DNA of 64,000 nucleotides from Takakia lepidozioides (Eukaryota; Plantae; Bryophyta): NCBI GenBank assembly GCA_030704615.1, contig CM060734.1, positions 15,500,001 to 15,564,000 of the forward strand, read 5' to 3'. Shown piece by piece: positions 60,290 to 64,000 of this stretch (position 1 is its first letter; each line of letters starts with the position of its first letter). The notes under the pieces were generated by a model. It saw only the letters and a program-made list of their open reading frames with translations, ran no database searches and was not told where the DNA came from. The position numbers and the translations under genes were made by a program.

Positions 60290-60420
60290 TCCCTGCGATA
60301 TCGCTTGCGCGCAGGTCTCCAAAGCTGTCGAGCTTGAACCTTCCCCGCATTGCTTGCACACAGGTCTCCAAAGCTTTCATCTCGCACCCCAGCTATGCAC
60401 CTGCGAATCATCCTACGACA
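60290..60420 (-). pseudogene. Short degenerate PPR motif remnant
   Basis: AGGTCTCCAAAGC occurs twice; the same word (ALET) recurs throughout the PPR array at 32150-35100. Confidence 0.55.
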
Positions 60421-61634
60421 CAAACAAAGAAAAGCAACCAAGTCCAAGACTCATCGCCGAGCACAACGCCGCAACCCTAAATCCATTTTAAATTATTTTG
60501 AACTTCTAGTTGGACAATACACTTAGGTGTTACCCAGTGGTTTGGGGCTCAAATCCTACTACGTCCTTTTCATATGTGGTACGGTATGAGCCCACCCCCA
60601 AAAGGGGGCAGTACCTGCAAAGGGAAGAGGCTCTTAGTTGTCTTACTAAGAGGCTCTTATTTACGCTAGCTCCGGCTGGCGTTAGTTATATATATATATA
60701 TATATATGGGACGGTATGTGAATTTCACTTTATTGTAATGAGTACAATGTTAACTTCTTTTATGAAGTGGTAGTAGAAATCGATAAAGGCAGGCCAAAAT
60801 GAACTTTATATGACCAAATTTAAACTATGTAATGCATGTTTGCCCATATCCGGGTCATATGAAATGTGTTTGACGCAATTTTTGGGGGGGGGGTAGCTTC
60901 AAGGCTTACAATGCTACCCACCTACACCTGGATTTTATTTTTGGCCTCTTGCAAAAAAATGTATAGATTTTTTCAAAGTAGATTAGATTATATACTAGAT
61001 GTGACATAAAAGTTTGAATGAAATGTAAACAACTAATTCGGAGTGGAACTAGGTAATCCTTCGGAAGGATCCAAGAGCAAAAAGAATTGTGGCGGACGTA
61101 GATCAACGTGACATTGGAGAAAATGCAGAGGTTGATGGTCTACGTGCACCCTCTACCTTATCAGATCAGCCGGGGGCTGCTATTTCATGAGCCATGAGCC
61201 ATGAGCGGCATGAGCCATGAGCAGAGTCGTAAGTGTGGAAAAAAACATGAGCAGCACTATTTTCCGGAAATGAGTGTCCGCGGGAATAGGGTTTAGGGTG
61301 CCACGGTCATAGGGGGAGAAGGACCTCCCGATGAAGGAGGTTCGGCAATGTTATTTAGAATTATATATTGAAAGGCAATGTTTCGCGAATGGTAGGGTGG
61401 TACTGCTCTGTACAATGGGGGCCCATTTCAGCCTACCAGCCATTTGCAAAATTCACCCACACTCCCAATCCCAAACGAAATGAGCAATGACGCATTCTCG
61501 GAACAATGGACACAGAATAGAATAAAAAGAGGGCACAATGAGGTTTTTATTGATCCACATGAATTGCATTTGAAGCACGTCTACTGTGCTGATTGTGCCC
61601 TCAAATCTTGAGCCCTGTGCCTACTGAATACAAG

Positions 61635-62405
61635 TCACGTTGTCAATGGGACTTCGACTGCTCTCAGAACTAGCTCATGAGTCCTGGGGCTCCTCCATGT
61701 AAAGTCGATTGCAGCCGTTGTACCGCCCCTAGTGATGTTCACCACAATGTCCTGCCCTTCAATCATACCACCATCGAATATGGAAATCTTCACGTTTTCG
61801 TCGTCCACACCAATGCGAATGTCCCCATACAATGGAGAAGAGGAGCGCACTCCTCGAGGAGAATAGGTCTCTCCGATGGAGTCCACCCACGTCCAGTGGC
61901 AGCAGTTCCACCGCAACAGCATAGCAGTGCGCCTTCTTCTGCATGGGTGACCGTCGTAGCTGGGAAAATCGGAATCGAGGATGCGCAGGAGCCACGGACT
62001 CCTCAAACCAAGATCGTCACCCCGCTCGAAGGCGTAGTGGCCTACGATATACTCAAAAGCCACCAATGTTTCCACAATCGAACCAGTATCTTCTGTGTAA
62101 TCTGTGTACCAGATAACAATGTCTCCCGATGTGGCCGAATACATTGCATAATCGATGCCTCCAAAGGGGCAGTCGTCCCGGTTCCGGAAGCACGGCATCC
62201 TTGCAAAGGAGGACCTGAGGACGACTTGGATGCCGATGACCTTGCGGACAGCTACGAAGCCCTTAGATTTTGGAAATGATACGAAGCGGAAGAGCAGTCC
62301 GGCCTCCAATAATGGAGCATCTGGGTCACACGTACCCACCGACGGAGGTGGAACGTGTTCATCACGCCAGCGGTGGATGAACCCATACATCTTTCTCATC
62401 AACAA
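61635..62405 (-). CDS. Hypothetical protein, probably TE-associated
   Basis: Uninterrupted 256-aa ORF with beta-rich composition; no family recognised. Confidence 0.4.
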   Translation of the reverse strand: MLMRKMYGFIHRWRDEHVPPPSVGTCDPDAPLLEAGLLFRFVSFPKSKGFVAVRKVIGIQVVLRSSFARMPCFRNRDDCPFGGIDYAMYSATSGDIVIWYTDYTEDTGSIVETLVAFEYIVGHYAFERGDDLGLRSPWLLRILDSDFPSYDGHPCRRRRTAMLLRWNCCHWTWVDSIGETYSPRGVRSSSPLYGDIRIGVDDENVKISIFDGGMIEGQDIVVNITRGGTTAAIDFTWRSPRTHELVLRAVEVPLTT

Positions 62406-62427
62406 GTTATAGTTTGAGATCTGCCAC

Positions 62428-63530
62428 CGAAGTCCATCCCCCGGATGGAAATTCGGCGCCGCATTTACATCGAAGAGGGGATGGACTTCGTCGTGTCCAG
62501 TGGCTATCGGCCCACCTGGCAGTGACTGCCCATAGTTTGCATGGCAGGGTAGGAAACTGAAACGGCTACATTCATGCAGCAGCCAATCTTCATCGGTCCA
62601 GGATCCTGTAGGGGGGAAATTTAAATGTGCCCTGGAGTGTTTGTGAGGAATTGCAGCGTTAGCTTGAACTTTTTCCAGCCACCGCGCTGCTCCTCCTCCA
62701 TCCGGGAGCTGCTGTCATTGAGCGTACTCCGCTACTCTTTTTCAAGGATGTCGGAATTGGCCCACTGTTTACAATTTGATGTCTCATTTCTACAATGTGT
62801 CTATCCGGATGAATATAGCAGAGTAACCGGTATGTGAGTCATGTGTCAAGAATATACCAGAGTAACGCCATGTCGGACATCGAAATGCGGCACCGCATTT
62901 CCATGTCGCCATCGAAATGCGGTGCATCATTTCCGTCCAGGTACACGAAATACCAACACGGGTCTATAAATTGATCAGAAAACGAGGTTGGCATTGCAAA
63001 TGCGGCGACGCATTTCCAGCTTGGCAATGGAAACTTCTTTTTGGACAAGGGAATGCGGTGCCGCATTTCCGTACAACACTTCGAAAAGTGTGACATTTCC
63101 GACCAGCGCGATGGAATGCGTTACCGCATTTCCGAGAGAGGGTCTGCAGATGGACAAATTGCGATGTCCGTTCTGGAAATGCGGCGCCGCATTTCCATGT
63201 CCGTCATCGACTTTTTTTTAACAATGGAATGCGCTGCCAATTTTTTGCTGATGGGCCTGCAGTTCGAACAACGACCATCCCCAATACTGAAATGCGGCAC
63301 CGCATTTTCAATCCCGCCATGTCGACCTCCTTGTTCGACCTCGTTGTTCGACCTCTGTAAGCGTGGTGGCATCCATGCAATGAGTGGGAGAGGCCAAAAC
63401 TGGCGTGTGGACAAAGGAAATTTTGGAAATGCGGCACCGCATTTCCAATTCAGATTACTTTTTACTATGCCAACATTGAAATGGAAAATTTAGTCCCTCC
63501 CCTGTTTTGGAAATGCGGTGCCCCATTTCC
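62428..63530. repeat. Array of ~11 palindromic ~20-bp repeats (GAAATGCGGCACCGCATTTC) with non-repeating spacers
   Basis: Copies at ~62448, 62882, 62914, 62997, 63050, 63113, 63176, 63226, 63289, 63426, 63510. Confidence 0.88.
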
Positions 63531-63666
63531 GATTTTGGGAGCGTCGTGGTTTGGGCGATTGTGTGGCTGGAATGCACACTGGAGAGGGGTCACGAATGTC
63601 GGGCAGAATTTCCTTTATATACTCTGGAAGAGAATTTACATTTACAGAGACTTCATTAAAATTCTA

Positions 63667-64000
63667 TTAATCTTGAAAATCATCCGAATCCTCATCCTGT
63701 TCTAGACTGTCCTGCTCCTCCTCCACCCCCTCAGTGCCTCTCTCATCTCCAGCGGACTGCTCGTTGGCCAGGCTTTCGAAAATCCCATCTTCCCCTTGCG
63801 GAACTGTCCATCTCACCTCCGTTGGGTCGTCTTCCTCCCTGTCTGCGTCGCTCTCATCCGCTGAATCACATATGTACTTTCGTACCCGTCTACCTGTCTG
63901 AGCTGCTGCCAACTCTTTCCTTATCCTTCTGTCCTCCCTAGCCCTCTCCAAAATCTGCTCTACTTTACTGGGATTCTCACTTCTTCTAATCGCTGTATTT
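63667..64000 (-). CDS. Acidic C-terminal end of an off-window hypothetical gene
   Basis: The frame appears open toward the window edge and ends in a D/E-rich tail. Confidence 0.3.
   Translation of the reverse strand, partial: NTAIRRSENPSKVEQILERAREDRRIRKELAAAQTGRRVRKYICDSADESDADREEDDPTEVRWTVPQGEDGIFESLANEQSAGDERGTEGVEEEQDSLEQDEDSDDFQD

Noticed and set aside
60686-60707. (TA)n tract, plus (AG)n near 17000 and G-runs near 23972 and 58557
   Set aside because: Ordinary microsatellites and homopolymers.
62880-63530. True CRISPR array
   Set aside because: Eukaryotic context, no cas genes, degenerate repeats and irregular spacer lengths.

Overview
Eukaryotic nuclear DNA from a land plant, most likely a non-seed plant judging by the PLS-PPR style and TE families (inference). 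The left ~8.3 kb holds one host gene, a 3'-partial LUC7 (U1 snRNP) gene on the minus strand. It has 10 reconstructable exons and a U12-type intron with a competing U2 donor. The remaining ~55 kb is a nested transposon graveyard. It contains an intact, very young Ty3/gypsy chromovirus (39692-46660) and several decayed copies of it. One of those copies is interrupted by an 8.57-kb non-autonomous CACTA element carrying PLS-PPR-E-DYW RNA-editing-factor cargo and a nested hAT MITE. A decayed gypsy element with a PHD finger after its integrase is interrupted by an intron-containing gene resembling beta-class N6-adenine/N4-cytosine DNA methyltransferases. Also present are LINE remnants, a CACTA transposase head-to-head with an FCP1/NIF-phosphatase-domain gene, a gypsy element with a tRNA-Gly primer site and two paralogous unknown ORFs upstream of gag, and arrays of palindromic repeats. 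All calls are by eye from sequence motifs; no searches were run.
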